DNA from: Lama glama | Lineage: Eukaryota | NCBI GenBank assembly: GCA_028534125.1 | Contig: CM052818.1 | Location: 27,344,001-27,408,000 of the forward strand | Reading direction: 5' to 3' | Length of the DNA stretch: 64,000 bases | Part shown: positions 27,290 to 39,493 of the stretch, in pieces | How the letters are laid out: every line of letters starts with the position of its first letter | Position numbering within the stretch: the first letter of the stretch is position 1 | Notes under the pieces: model-generated | What the model saw: only the letters and a program-made list of their open reading frames with translations | Database searches by the model: none | What the model was told of the DNA's origin: nothing | Translations under genes and position numbers: made by a program

Positions 27290-27410
27290 TCCATGACTTA
27301 ACTACTAGTGTGTGACCCTGGGCAACCACCTCTCTTAGCCTTGGTTTCCTCATCTGTAAAATGAAGAGAAAAAAGTTTCTACTTCACTGGTTTGTTGATA
27401 GGTTTAAGCA
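27290..27410 (+). mobile_element. MIR SINE core
   Basis: tagtgtgtgaccctgggcaaccacctctcttagccttggtttcctcatctgtaaaatg. Confidence 0.75.
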
Positions 27411-29399
27411 ACACACCTCGAGGCTTACACTGGTATCTCATACCAGCGATCATTCTCGTCAGCCGCTGACCCTAAAACAGCTCTCAAAGGTTCTGGGATC
27501 TTTTTATAAGTCATGGAATCAAACCAACAACATCAAGTCAAAGCTTCGAGTGACACAACGGCAAAGGACTCAAATAATTTAGCACAGCAGTCAGCAGCAC
27601 CAATTCAAACCACAAGCCTCCTGGTCTCAACTACTCAACAGCAAGAGGCCTGGAGTCGCTAACAAAGGTTTAAGTGTCACTGTTCTCTTCCTCTAGAAGA
27701 GTCTGCGCACAGTGAACACCGTACTTCAGCCACACTGACTTTGTTGACAGAGGATCCCTGTAAAGTTGATACAGTGCTTAAGCAACTGAGCAGAGGGTGT
27801 GTCTCAAGGTGTAATGAACTTTATGGACTTTTCAAAGGTCTCCAGATCCAGCATGGTAATTATTTTTAAAGAGTTAAAAACATGCTCAATCAAAAGCCTT
27901 AAATAGGCATGCAATTCAAATGAGTCCTCTTCTGGGGTGACTCGCGCTTAAGGTTCTCAGTATGACACTAGTTACCTGAAGAAGTACAATGGAAATCAGT
28001 TCTGAAAATAAACCACCTAAATTTATTTGCAATTTTCAAAGGTCTACAGTGCACTGAAATGAATTCTTAAGTACTCACGAATCTCTGACTCAGACAATTT
28101 AAGAGACTGGTCCACAGAGTTGGGAAACACTAGAACGGAAGTAATTCCACTCTCACCCAGCACTCTAAACACTGTTTCTATTATATATACTATTTATATG
28201 CTTGAAAGAAAAAAGGCTCAGACTGGATAATTCACTGCAGTGTTTCTGTAACTAGTCCTGGGGTCTGACATATTTAAGGCAGCTAAGAAAATATGACAAG
28301 GACAAACAATGGACAAGAATCAAGAGAACAAATTTTGGCCCCAGATCCATCACTAACTTAGCGGTAATAGGCCACACAGATGCTGGTGAGAACCACCATC
28401 TCCAAAGGAGTCAACGAAGCATCTGGGGAGGTGCAATGAGAACATCACGGGAATAAAACTGGCATCTTTAAACCTGGGGGGAGGAAGCAGGGAGGTGCAA
28501 AAGATCATTTAGTTCAAGAAGCTGACTTACACCACATTATTTAAAATTTTTTTTACCATAGGCATCACATCATTGTCACAGACAAACCAAATTTTTAGTA
28601 TCATAACAGCCTCAGCCTCTGGAGCAGAACTTTCCCTTTCCAGATGGGTAAGTTACTACTTACGGGTGAACTATTAGAAAGTGTAAGTAGTGAAATAACT
28701 TGTATGGAAGAAACCCTGGCAGTTACTGAGAGCAAAGCTTCTCCGAGCCTCAGAAACACAACAATGTTTTGGACATTGGGAATTTCATATGATACAACCA
28801 TTGAGTTATACAGGGCAAAAAAAGGTCTGCCTTACCACGTTCTATCTGCTGGACCCTCTACTAACGGATGCAGGTATATCCCCTGTGCGGTCAGGCCACT
28901 CAAGGTGGCTGTTCTCTCACGCTCGGTACATCCCCTGCCTGACCAGTGCCTGCTTCACCTACACCTGCTCACAGGACTGACCTTCCGACATTCTCGTCCC
29001 AGGCTCTGGCTAGTGACTGTTCTCACCAGAGGTGGTGAGGGCTGTACCCCTCTGCTGGTTCCCCTGGTAACCGACAAGCTAAGCTGAGGTCAATTTCCCT
29101 GTAACTGGTGACCTCCCACTGCCCCCAGGAGCAAAGCCTGCCACCATGTCCTGCCCTCATCTGCCACATACCAAGTGGAATCACTTCAGGACCCTGCTTT
29201 AGACAATTAAGATTCCCCCACCCATTTAAACCTCTGTCACTGACTCTGGGTTCTTTCTTTGGTCTTAAAGCTGGGCGAGTACAGACCTTGCAGGCCTGCA
29301 GAGTGCAGCCCAAATCCCCACATATCCAGTAATATACTAACTAATGTTCTTTTGGAATTAAACAATATTAATTACATTTAATACATAAGATATGACAGC

Positions 29400-29780
29400 A
29401 AACTAAGGGGGCAAAGTCCCCATGAAACAAAATAGTAGGACTTACACATTCAAATCATGTTATTCTGCAAAGTCACCTTTAAGAAGTTACAGAGTTATTC
29501 TAATTCTGCTATTTCTCAACACCTTTCTGTAATGTTCTTTTTGACATTTTCTTTAAAGGCAGTTCATGAGATTTACAATGAAATCAGCCTCAGTGTCCAA
29601 TAGTTCTATCTTACATTTTAGAAAGAATACAATTCCCCAAAGGGCTCACCTATTTTATTAATCAGATATGACACCATATGCCTTTGGCTATTTCCCAAAG
29701 TAAAATCCAACTTTAAAGAAAGGTTTTCATGACCAAAGGCATCCAAGAGAAAAGTGCTGCAAACGCTGAAGGCAACTAAA
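29400..29780 (+). mobile_element. Mariner-derived DNA transposon remnant (MARNA-like)
   Basis: Frameshifted translation from ~29662, SDMTPYAF/WLFPKVKSNFKERF...GIQEK/VLQTLKA, resembles the mariner transposase C-terminus SPDLAPxDFWLFPKLK. Confidence 0.65.
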
Positions 29781-29885
29781 AACGAACGAACAAACAAACA
29801 AACGAAGGAAGAAAGAAAGGAAAGAAAGGAGAAAAGGAAGAGAAAAGGGGAGGGAGGACTGAAGGAGGAAGGGAGGGAGGGAAAC
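29780..29885 (+). repeat. A/G-rich low-complexity tract (AAAC, GAAA and GGAG units)
   Basis: Directly visible. Confidence 0.85.
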
Positions 29886-32800
29886 ATGCACCCCGTACAG
29901 GGCAGCCTGACTGAAACAAGCACATGGGCTTCTAAGGGACTGTGAACACCGTCTAGATTTTAAATATGTTTGGAATTTGGTTCAAATAGTCCCCACCCAA
30001 GAATCTCACCGTGAGGCAGACCTTATTACATTTAATTCTCCTCTTTTTGCCAGTAGGTAATTCCCTTTCCTAGAGCAAGCTAAGGCAATACATTTGCAAC
30101 CTGATTGAAATGTTAATACCTTCTCATTAGTTTTCTGACTGAAAGTAGAAAAGATTGGGTTTAAAATGAGGGGGAAAAAAAAAAGCAACTGGGTCCTTAT
30201 CTAGTCATCTTGTTAAAACCAGAAAAATGACTAATAAAATTTTTTTGACCAAAAAAATGCCATCAAGAAATATATCGTTTGCTTTACGAAGGTTAATTTT
30301 AAACAGTATTTAACAGAAGTAAATAACCATTTTAAACAGCACTGATTACAGCTCTTCATCGTCATCCAAATGCTTCTTCAATAGCATCACTTAAATGCAC
30401 AATTTCCCCCCTAAAATTTTAATTTAGTTAGAAAAAACAAACCACAATTGCATAAAAGCCATATATTTAAGCTTACATAAAAACTTCTTTGGAAAATATC
30501 TCTATATTAATCTTACAAGTTGAGAATATAAGCACTGAAATTAAGCTGTTTATGGCTTCGGGTTTAATTTAATTTGTAGTTGCACAGGACCAGAGATCAA
30601 AAGATTGTGTGAAACACTAGTTTTTACAATGCTAAGGCAATAAAATCTCTTAACTTCTTCACTGAGTGCTCTCAGCTACTGATGTTAGACACCGCGGAGC
30701 CCCCAGGCTCCCCTGCGAGGTACCACTGGCAGGAGCGGTCCCAGAAGGGAAACACAGTATGGCCACCCCCGCATCCTTGGGACTGAAGAACACAGTCCAC
30801 ATGCTGTCCCATGGCACTCGAAAGCTCTGGCTTCTGGGCCTGACCAGCCCCGTGTCTCATCTCTACCATCTGTCCCCTTTCTCCACTCTTGTAGGACCCA
30901 CGCCTATTCCAGTGACAGTGCAAGACACTGTTCCCTCAACTGTCCCACATTCTCCCGTATCTCATGTCTTTATGCCTTCTCTTCCTTCCCAGCTGGTAAA
31001 CTCTTACTTGTCCTTCAAACTCCAGCTTCACAGAGGTGGAGACTTCCCTGCCTTTCAAAGAGTCAGGCGCAGGGATGATGGAAGCACCCACACATGCCTT
31101 TCAAAAGAGACTCAGGACACAGGACTGCAAGAGGAAAGGGTCTTTGCTGCAGTTCTAGCCCCTGCGTCTAGCGGTGCAGTGACATCACTTGGGATCGTTA
31201 AATCTTGACAGATTGAATAGCTGAGACAATAAAGCAACAACTGATTCAGAACACGGGATCCAGAGTGACCCACTGAGTTTCAATCTTAGCTCTACTCCTA
31301 CCTTCAGCAAGTTGCTTCACCCTTTTAACTTACTTCGTGGGATTCTTGTGTGTATTAAATAAAATAATCCATACAAAGTGCTTGGTGACCACCAGCACAC
31401 AATAAGCACACAAGAAATGTTAGTTATTCTTACATCACGGTCTCATTCACAGAAAGAAGAGTCTTATTTTTAAACAAATGAATTAAGCTAATATAGTTTG
31501 CTGGTAGGCAAGAGAACATTTTAACCATGGAAGACCTGAAAGACAAGATATAAGAAGAAAGAGGGCAGGAAGTGAGAGAGAATTAAATATGTGCGAGTTA
31601 AGGGCTCAAACACACACAAAGACAGGAAACAATAAGACTAAGAGGAAATAAGACTCAGAAGTGAGTGGTGAATGTTTAAAATGAGCAGAGAATGGAACAG
31701 GGTTTTAAAGTTACAGGGTCAGCAGAACAAAGAGAACAATCACCTCATTGGGCTTTAATGCCACCAATTTGGTATGAATTTACATTATTTATGAGCTGCC
31801 ATCTTTCTTAATCTCACCACCAAGTATGACCAGGGTATATGACCACATCCCAGGTATTTTAGATGTGCTGCACAGAGCACTCGTGTCAGAATATTTCCAA
31901 AAGTCCTTCTTCAATTTATTTACTCATGCATTTCTCATCTTTAAATAGTAATTGGTTCCAGAGAAAATAAAATGAAACCTTATGCTCAGATTCTAACCTA
32001 AGCTTCAGGAATAAGAAAGCAGTATTAAAAGAGCTCGCTCCCCTGGCATGAGACCTCCTTCTTAAAATCAGTGCATTCAGTCTCTTCAGCATGATAAATA
32101 AGGTATGTGTATCAAGAACTCGGCACATTACAAAGAACATGGAATGTCAGTGGCCTGGATCCAGCCTTAACAAGTGGCCAATATCAAACCCACCTTTTCT
32201 GGGATGCCAGTGAGTCTATTTCAAGTGGCAATAAAATGTACTCTTGTTAATAATGCAAATAGAGGACTCTAATATTAACCTAAATACTGCAAGGAGCTGC
32301 AGTTTTTACTGCACCATGTGCTTATCCTGACATCAATCTCAACTTCACAAAGAGGTACTAGATGTAAATCAAAAGGACAAAGCAATGACTGAATCTCACC
32401 AAAGTATACACGTCTTAATGCTGCAAACCGTCAAGTTCTCTCTCAACAAAATTACCATGTCATCCTAATAATAAAGAGCTGTATATATAACCAGAACTTT
32501 AGTTTTAAACTTTAGGATACCTTCTTAGACGTGAAGCCTACACACCATTTACCTGAATCGTTAGAAAAACGTGCTTTAAATACGTGAGAGTTGAATGAGC
32601 AGCAACCACTTATATTCATCATGGGGATAACATCAGGATAAACCAGGTTAATAATTACAGCAGGAGAGAGGAAGGGAAGTGAGGAAGAGAGACGAGACGG
32701 AAAGGCCAGAGCCCAGATTTGTATCCAACTTTAAACAGTGGTAGCACCGCGGCCTGTGACATAAGTCCAGACTCACCATCTTGTTCTCATAAAGGCAAGC

Positions 32801-35800
32801 AAGGCTCTGGAAGGTTAAATGACTTACCCAAGGTCACAGATTCACGAAGACCTCAGGAGTAACACCCAACAGAAACAAAACTTTCAATTAAGACAATCAT
32901 ACCTCTGTTCTCTGAATCCTGCCAACATAGTTGTAGAGAGTTGGAGACGTGATTTCCTATTGAGAGAAGGTAACTTAGCCTCATTTAGGGGCCAGAGTCC
33001 TTGGTTTAACGGCTTTACCGCCTTTGAATGGCAGAGGGAGCCTCTTCACAGCAGAACAAGAACACACGGAAAGTCTAAAAATTAGGGCTTAACGGAGAGT
33101 CTGTCGGGCCATCTGGGGTCTCACTCTCTTGCTTTGTGCCTTGACTATCTCCCTCTCTCCTGGCTCTTTCTTTTCTGTTCATAAACATGCTAAAATTTCT
33201 AAAATACAGAAAGCCAAAAACACTCTTCTCTTAGATCTTGTATTACCTTCAGGCTACAAGTCTAACCTACTCCTGTTCCTTTCGCCACACCCTTTTAGAA
33301 AGATGAGTCAGTACACTCATCATCATGTGCCGGCCACTCTGAGCCCCACGGGAAGGTCTGCACTCTCCCCACACACATGGGGTGCTCCCTGCCCATGTCC
33401 TGGGTCTGGAGGGCCCTTTGTCCCTCTCCATCTACTGAAATCCTATCCATCCTCCAAGGTTCAAATAAAATGGCACCATCTCTGGGAAGGCTCATCTTCC
33501 CTGATTTTCCCAGGCAGAACAGCACTCTTTTCTCAGCACCCTTTTTCTTGTATCTCTAAATTACAAATGTACTTATTTCACTCTGCTTTCTATTCTAGCG
33601 AACTGTTTTCATGCCTGCCTCCCCAAGAAAATGGGAAGCATCTTGAGCTTGGGCTACGTGTTATTTACTGCTGTATTATGTGAATGTTTCCTGCAACAAA
33701 ATCTTCTTTGGTAAGAATTTAACTGTCACAAATGTATCCTGGATCTTCATGTTACCGTTTTTAACATACCACGGATGCACACTAGAGATTGCTCTTGACC
33801 TGTGAAGACCCTACAAGGATCCTAAACTTCAACCACCCAAATAACAGGCCCCTGAAATAAAATAGATGGAATCCAGAACAAGGAAAACAAGAGAGGCAAA
33901 TTAAACATATGATCTGCTAGAACAGAATTTTATTATTTCAGGCTACCAACACCGCCATAAAATGCATTAACTTTGTTAAGTTGGTAAAAATTGTAGTTTG
34001 GCCAAAAAAAAAAAGTGCATTCATATTGCTGGCAATAGGCCAACACGCACAGCTATTTCACTGTAATGGGGAAAGGTCACTGGTAGAGGAGGACAGGAGG
34101 GAACAGATTAGAAGAGGTATGGAGGAAGAGATGATAAGGAGAGAAAGAAGAGAGGTGAGGAAAGGATGTCAGGAAAAGTTACAGGGCAAATTAATCACTG
34201 CAGACACAGGAGCTAAGTGGCCTGGCTACGAGTCAAGGACAAAGAATAAAGGAAGAATTACAACGTCCACATGGAGGAGAGCGACATGCCCTGCAGGGGA
34301 CACAGCGCCCAATGTGAGTGAAGGGATTCTGATTAGAGGGTGCTGCGTCTTTGTTATCAGCTGAAACGTCTACATGGACTTGGACGCTCATCTCCCCTCT
34401 TTGCTCCCTGTGCACAACGTTGGACGTGCTGAGGATGGAATCACAAGCAGAGCCCTGGCAGTGGTTTTCGCTGTGCATCTGGCCACGCTCTGAAGCCAGG
34501 ACAGACTGGGCTCGGGAAAGAGGCTTTTCAACTACAGAACAGATTCTCCCATTAATCAGGAATGGTCATGGGAGGAAGAGCGTGAGCCAGTCAGCTACTG
34601 GTCTGGATATTGCTAATAACTTCTCTCTTCGGTTTCGGGAGGATCTGTGCCAGGGCTTTTTCCAACGGCGTACAGCAAGGATGATATTGCCTTTTTATCT
34701 GAAAAAACTGGCAGCAATCATACCGAAAAGAAATGTGACCAGGGCTTAAAAGGGTGAGCTTCAATGAAATTAGAAGTAAGTCAAATCAAGTGACGGGTCA
34801 AAAAAAATACTAAACCTATTATGTCTCTTCCTTTCCATGGAGTATGACAGTATGAGGTGGTGTCCTGTTTTCTATCCCCTGGAAATCTCCAACAATTACA
34901 CACTTCCCTCCTTATCAGGTCAATGATAATTAATATTCATGATCATGACCCTGAAATTTTCCCAGATTCTGAATATGTTTTATACTTGAGGATACTTTCT
35001 GACAACCGATCTGTTTATACTATCTCTTCATTAACTTTCTATTCTTACTCCCTCTCCCTACAAGCCTGCAACAGATCCACAATGGCTGTAAGACAAAGTC
35101 CAAATTTTTTAAGTATACCATGAGTGAACTTCTATAATTTAGTTTTAATCCATCATTTTTCAAAATCATCAGACATTTATTAACTACCCCCCCCCCAGGC
35201 ACCAAGCACTGCTCTGCCTTCAGGAAACATGGGCAGGCATGCCGGAGAGGAAATATGGTATAAATACGCAGCCTCAAAGTACAGCAGGTCCGCCCACACT
35301 CCAATACAGGTGCTCCGTTAGGGGAATGGGAGAATGACTCACACAGTCTGGGGACTCCTCCTCAGTTCAGGAGTGTGCATGAGAAGTGACACACATGCAC
35401 TTGCATGTCCCTCGGTGGCCCTGGTTTCCCCCTGGGATTCTGGTGTGAGACAATACTGCCTGAGACAGGAGATGCATGTTGTCAGAAACTTACACAAAGA
35501 ATCTGTGAACAATTTTAAAGAGAAACTATGCAAACCGGGGTGTGGGTTTTGGTGACATCCCTCGGGAAGAATCAGAAGCACTGACAAAGGTCAGAGGGAA
35601 GCACTGCCTATGGAAGAGGCAGGGGACTGGCTGGCTAGTCAGCACAAGACAAAGCTGAGAAACTACAACCAAGTGGAGTCTTTTTGGAATTTTGCTCTTT
35701 GTTGCAGACATTGATATACTTTAATGACTTAACTTCCAAACATCCTCACTAAGAAAAGGACTCAAAATCACCTCTACCTTGGTATGCTTTGTTGCTTTTC

Positions 35801-35814
35801 GAAGGGTAATTCTG

Positions 35815-36640
35815 ACTCCATCCAGCTGTTGCCCAGTCTTCCTCATCTCAGGAACGGGCACCAACTGCTCAAGCCAGCAGTGTGGGGTCAGTCTGCAGTC
35901 CACCTAACTTGACCCTCAAATCCAATCAATTTGAGACTCTTTAACTGTACCTCTAAATGACACTTCCTTCCAACTCCTCTGCCAACACCCCCGTCCAGCC
36001 ACGTACTACTCCCTGGGGCTCCCCCTCAGTGCCCTAACACCCCTACCCCCGACCCCAGGTCCACTCCACCTCCTGCAACGAGAAACTTTCCTCAGAGCAG
36101 CCAAAGCTGATGGTCTTAAAAAGGGTACCCTATCATCTCCACCTGAAGCTTAAAACCCTTTAACAGCTTCAGATTACACCTGGAATAAAATCCAAACTCC
36201 TAACCTGAGAGTGTCTGTGACTCGGTCCCTTCCCTAGCTCTCCACTCCCTCTCCCGCCTCCCACTCTGTGCTCCAGACACTGAATCATGTATCCCCCAGC
36301 ACACAAAGCTCTTTCTCCCACTGGGGTTGCTGAATACATGGCTCACTCTGCCTAGAATGTTCCTCCCCAGGCTCCTTGCACGGCTGCTTCCTTAACTTTC
36401 AGCACCACTTAAACATCGTCCTTCAGAGACAGACTTTCTCAAGCCATCCTATCTCGGCCTCAGCATTCTGTTACCCAACTGCACTTACATACTTATATTT
36501 ATGGCTTTTATTTATTTTCCCCGTAAGACTGGGAGCTCGGAGGGGACCAGGACCTGTCTGTCTTGTTCACCCTGCGTCCATCACAGTGTCTGACACAGAG
36601 CGAGTGCTCCAGAAATATCTGTAAAACGAATGCATGAATG
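35815..36640 (+). mobile_element. L2 LINE 3' fragment
   Basis: cttaaaaccctttaacagcttc...gaataaaatccaaactcct...tgtctgtcttgttcaccctg...cacagtgtctgacacagagcgagtgctccagaaatatctg, ending in a gaatgcatgaatg tail. Confidence 0.75.
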
Positions 36641-36771
36641 TATAAATTAGGAGAAACTACACACACACCTGCTAAGGGCAGATGACTAGTCCCTTCAATT
36701 TGAGTTTACAGGATAAATAAATCCAATACATAAACTTCAGACAAAACAAGCTTGTGAGTCAGATGGCTTTT

Positions 36772-36877
36772 TATTTTTTATTTTTTTATTTTTTAATGGA
36801 AGTCCTGGGGAATGAACCCAAGACCTCATGCATGCTAAGCATGTGTTCTACCACTGAGCTGTTTCCCTTCCCCCCAG
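36772..36877 (-). mobile_element. tRNA-derived camelid SINE (Vic-1-like), short form, with 14-bp target-site duplication
   Basis: Minus strand reads ...AGCTCAGTGGTAGAACACATGCTTAGCATGCATGAGGTCTTGGGTTCATTCCCCAG... (A and B boxes) plus an A-rich tail. TSD gtcagatggctttt at 36758-36771 and 36878-36891. Confidence 0.9.
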
Positions 36878-39342
36878 GTCAGATGGCTTTTGAAAATTAC
36901 TTTAGGACTACTTTTAAGTCTGTTAACACCTCTACATGATAGTGTTGTTTCCTATCTTTTCCACCTCAGAACCACACAAATGGCCCACAAGCACTGGTGA
37001 TTCCTAAGCCTGAGAGTCTTCAGCAGCGAGTGGCTAAGGAGACCACTGTAAAGACATAAAGACGCTACCAAACTCAACTCCTACGGAAAAAAAGGGGACC
37101 CAGGGGATAAAGCTCACACACACAGAAACGACTGGATGTAAAGCTGAGAAAATACAAAAATGGGAAACTGTCCCCAGCTTATTGTTTTGATATGAGTATT
37201 TAAATTAATGGGAAATCAGATGCCATAGTTCGAGTCCCTCCAGTTTTAAGTGACCTTTCAGTAGTGATAAATGACAAACATGTCTAAAGGACTAACAGAG
37301 CCGAAATAAAGCACCCACGTCAAAATACACACACTTTACAAGCACTTTAATTAAACTACATTCTCTTCTCAGGCTACAAAAGAAACAGCTCCAAGCAGCT
37401 GAAAATCCAGATGAAGATGCCAAAACCATATACAGACGAAATAATTTGAACACAGTGGCAAAGACTCAAGAAGTTCAAAAAAACAGGACATTGACGGCTA
37501 ATATTAAGGTTTGAGTATACAGAATACGTTTGTACGCACACGTGTAGGTATCTAATTTTACACAAAATTTGTATTTGTGTGGGATTCTGTTTATTTGTTT
37601 TTCGGTTCTAGGCGCCCTCTGGAAACAACAAGCCATTCAATTAGGCCCTGCCTCCGGGGGAGAGCAGAAACATATTGCTTTTGGCCTCACGACTGTCCTT
37701 TCCCGCTTGTGTGAGAAGCCTGTGTTGACTGTACTGTGAAAAAAATTTAAGGAAAGAAAAGCCCTACTGTTGTAACTGTGCCAAAAAAGTATAAAGAAAC
37801 AAACCCAGATGCTAGAATTCGAGGCATTTCCTCTGCTATGTGACTATGTCCTTTAACTGAAGGTCAAATGAACATTAAAGGACTTCAATATTTTAAAGCC
37901 CGAAGTGGATATTTCTGTGGCCCTCTCAGTTTCTGCATGCCAGCGACACACATTTAACTGACATTTAACAAGAATTTATTCAGCAGCATTCAGGGGAAAT
38001 CCTGGTATTGCTTTCAAACACGATTTATTTAAATTTCTAATGCTTCATATTAATACAGATTGGTTCATTTCCCTGACAGCCTGAGCTTTTCCAAAAAGCC
38101 AGTAAGTGAATGAAGTCATTCTTACGCCCATTTCACATTTACTACCTCCTAATCCCTCAATATGTCTACGTGCTGTAATTTTATAACCTTTTTTTCCTGG
38201 GGACATTAATTTATTTTTGATGCTACAGATAACAATAAATAATGTGAGATATAATCATTTTATTTCTTTTCTTAGGAGGTACTCCACATCAGACTTTTAT
38301 AAAGACTTCAAATGTGTTTCCTAGTAATAGAAAACAGTACCTCAGCCCATGGGAAATATAACAAAATCAACCATGTTTCATTATGTTCAGAAAATGTATA
38401 TCGAATGGGCCACCCACTGACTCCTATCAATCAACGTCTTCAAAGCATATCTGAAACTAAAGAATTCTTCTAAGAGTTGGCAAAAATCTTGATAGAAAGG
38501 TTACTATGATTGCAGAATAGATGAATAACTCAAAACCATGAAGTATCAACTCAGTATGTTTTAATCTCTCTGAACTGAGCAGTGATACAACTGTAAGATG
38601 TGGCAAAGATGGTATAAAGATCTCACGTCAATCAATAGCCCAGCAGAACATATAGCAAAGGACTCCCACTGCAGAGCTCTGAATGGCCATATATGGAGGC
38701 TCCTGGAAAACACCGTTTCACTTAGAGTGATCCAGAATGACCTGACCTCAGAAATGTGGACGCCTCTGTTTTATGTTGACCCTCACCTCCTCCCTAGTAA
38801 TCTCCTTCCCATATATAGAAAATGGAAACAGTTTATAAGTTAACAATCACTCCCCTTCTGTTTACCAGAATTCTGAGTTACTCACTGGAATGTTTGAAAT
38901 AATTCTGCGGGGAGTCATCCTGGTTACTAATGGCCATACCATCTAACCGTGACCCGTCACCTCTTGTCCACCCAGAGGGAGACAAGCCTTCTGACTTGTT
39001 GCTCTAGAAATGTCAACAAAAGGAAGACAGTTTTCAACGTTATCTCTCGTATTTCCTTTGCTGTTCAAAGGGTCAGCTTCACTAGCATGTGGGAAGCAGA
39101 TAGACAACAAGGTTTAAGTGCAAAGTTGGGTGTGGCTGTTATAGTGATAAGGGAAATGAAAGCGGAAGCAGTCTGAATAATATTTATTTGAAGAGTCTTG
39201 CCTCGTCCTCTATAAGCGATTCAAAAAGTGCATAATATTACACCAACTCTTAAAAAAGAACTGTTGGAATGCACAACTGGGGCTTAAGATTCTACAACTA
39301 ATTTCTATCATCAAAGATGAGAAAAATTTTCAGAAAACTCTT

Positions 39343-39493
39343 TTTTTAAATTTTATGTATGTATTTATTTATTTATTTAGGCAGGAGGGGGTAATTGGGT
39401 TTATTTATTTATTTTTAGAGGAGGTACTGGGTTGAACCCAGGACCTTGTGCATGCTAAGCATGTGCTCTACTGCTTGAGCTGTACCCTCGCCC
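39343..39493 (-). mobile_element. tRNA-derived camelid SINE (Vic-1-like), long form
   Basis: Minus strand GGGCGAGGGTACAGCTCAAGCAGTAGAGCACATGCTTAGCATGCACAAGGTCCTGGGTTCAACCCAGTACCTCCTCTAAAAATAAATAAATAAACCCAATTACCCCC... TSD cagaaaactctt (39331-39342) / caggaaactctt (39494-39505). Confidence 0.9.

Noticed and set aside
30666..33683. 180-aa and 184-aa plus-strand ORFs
   Set aside because: Non-ATG starts, no recognisable domain, and overlap with degenerate L2-like sequence. Lengths are compatible with chance.
36772..39493. tRNA genes suggested by A-box and B-box motifs
   Set aside because: A-rich tails and target-site duplications show these are SINEs.
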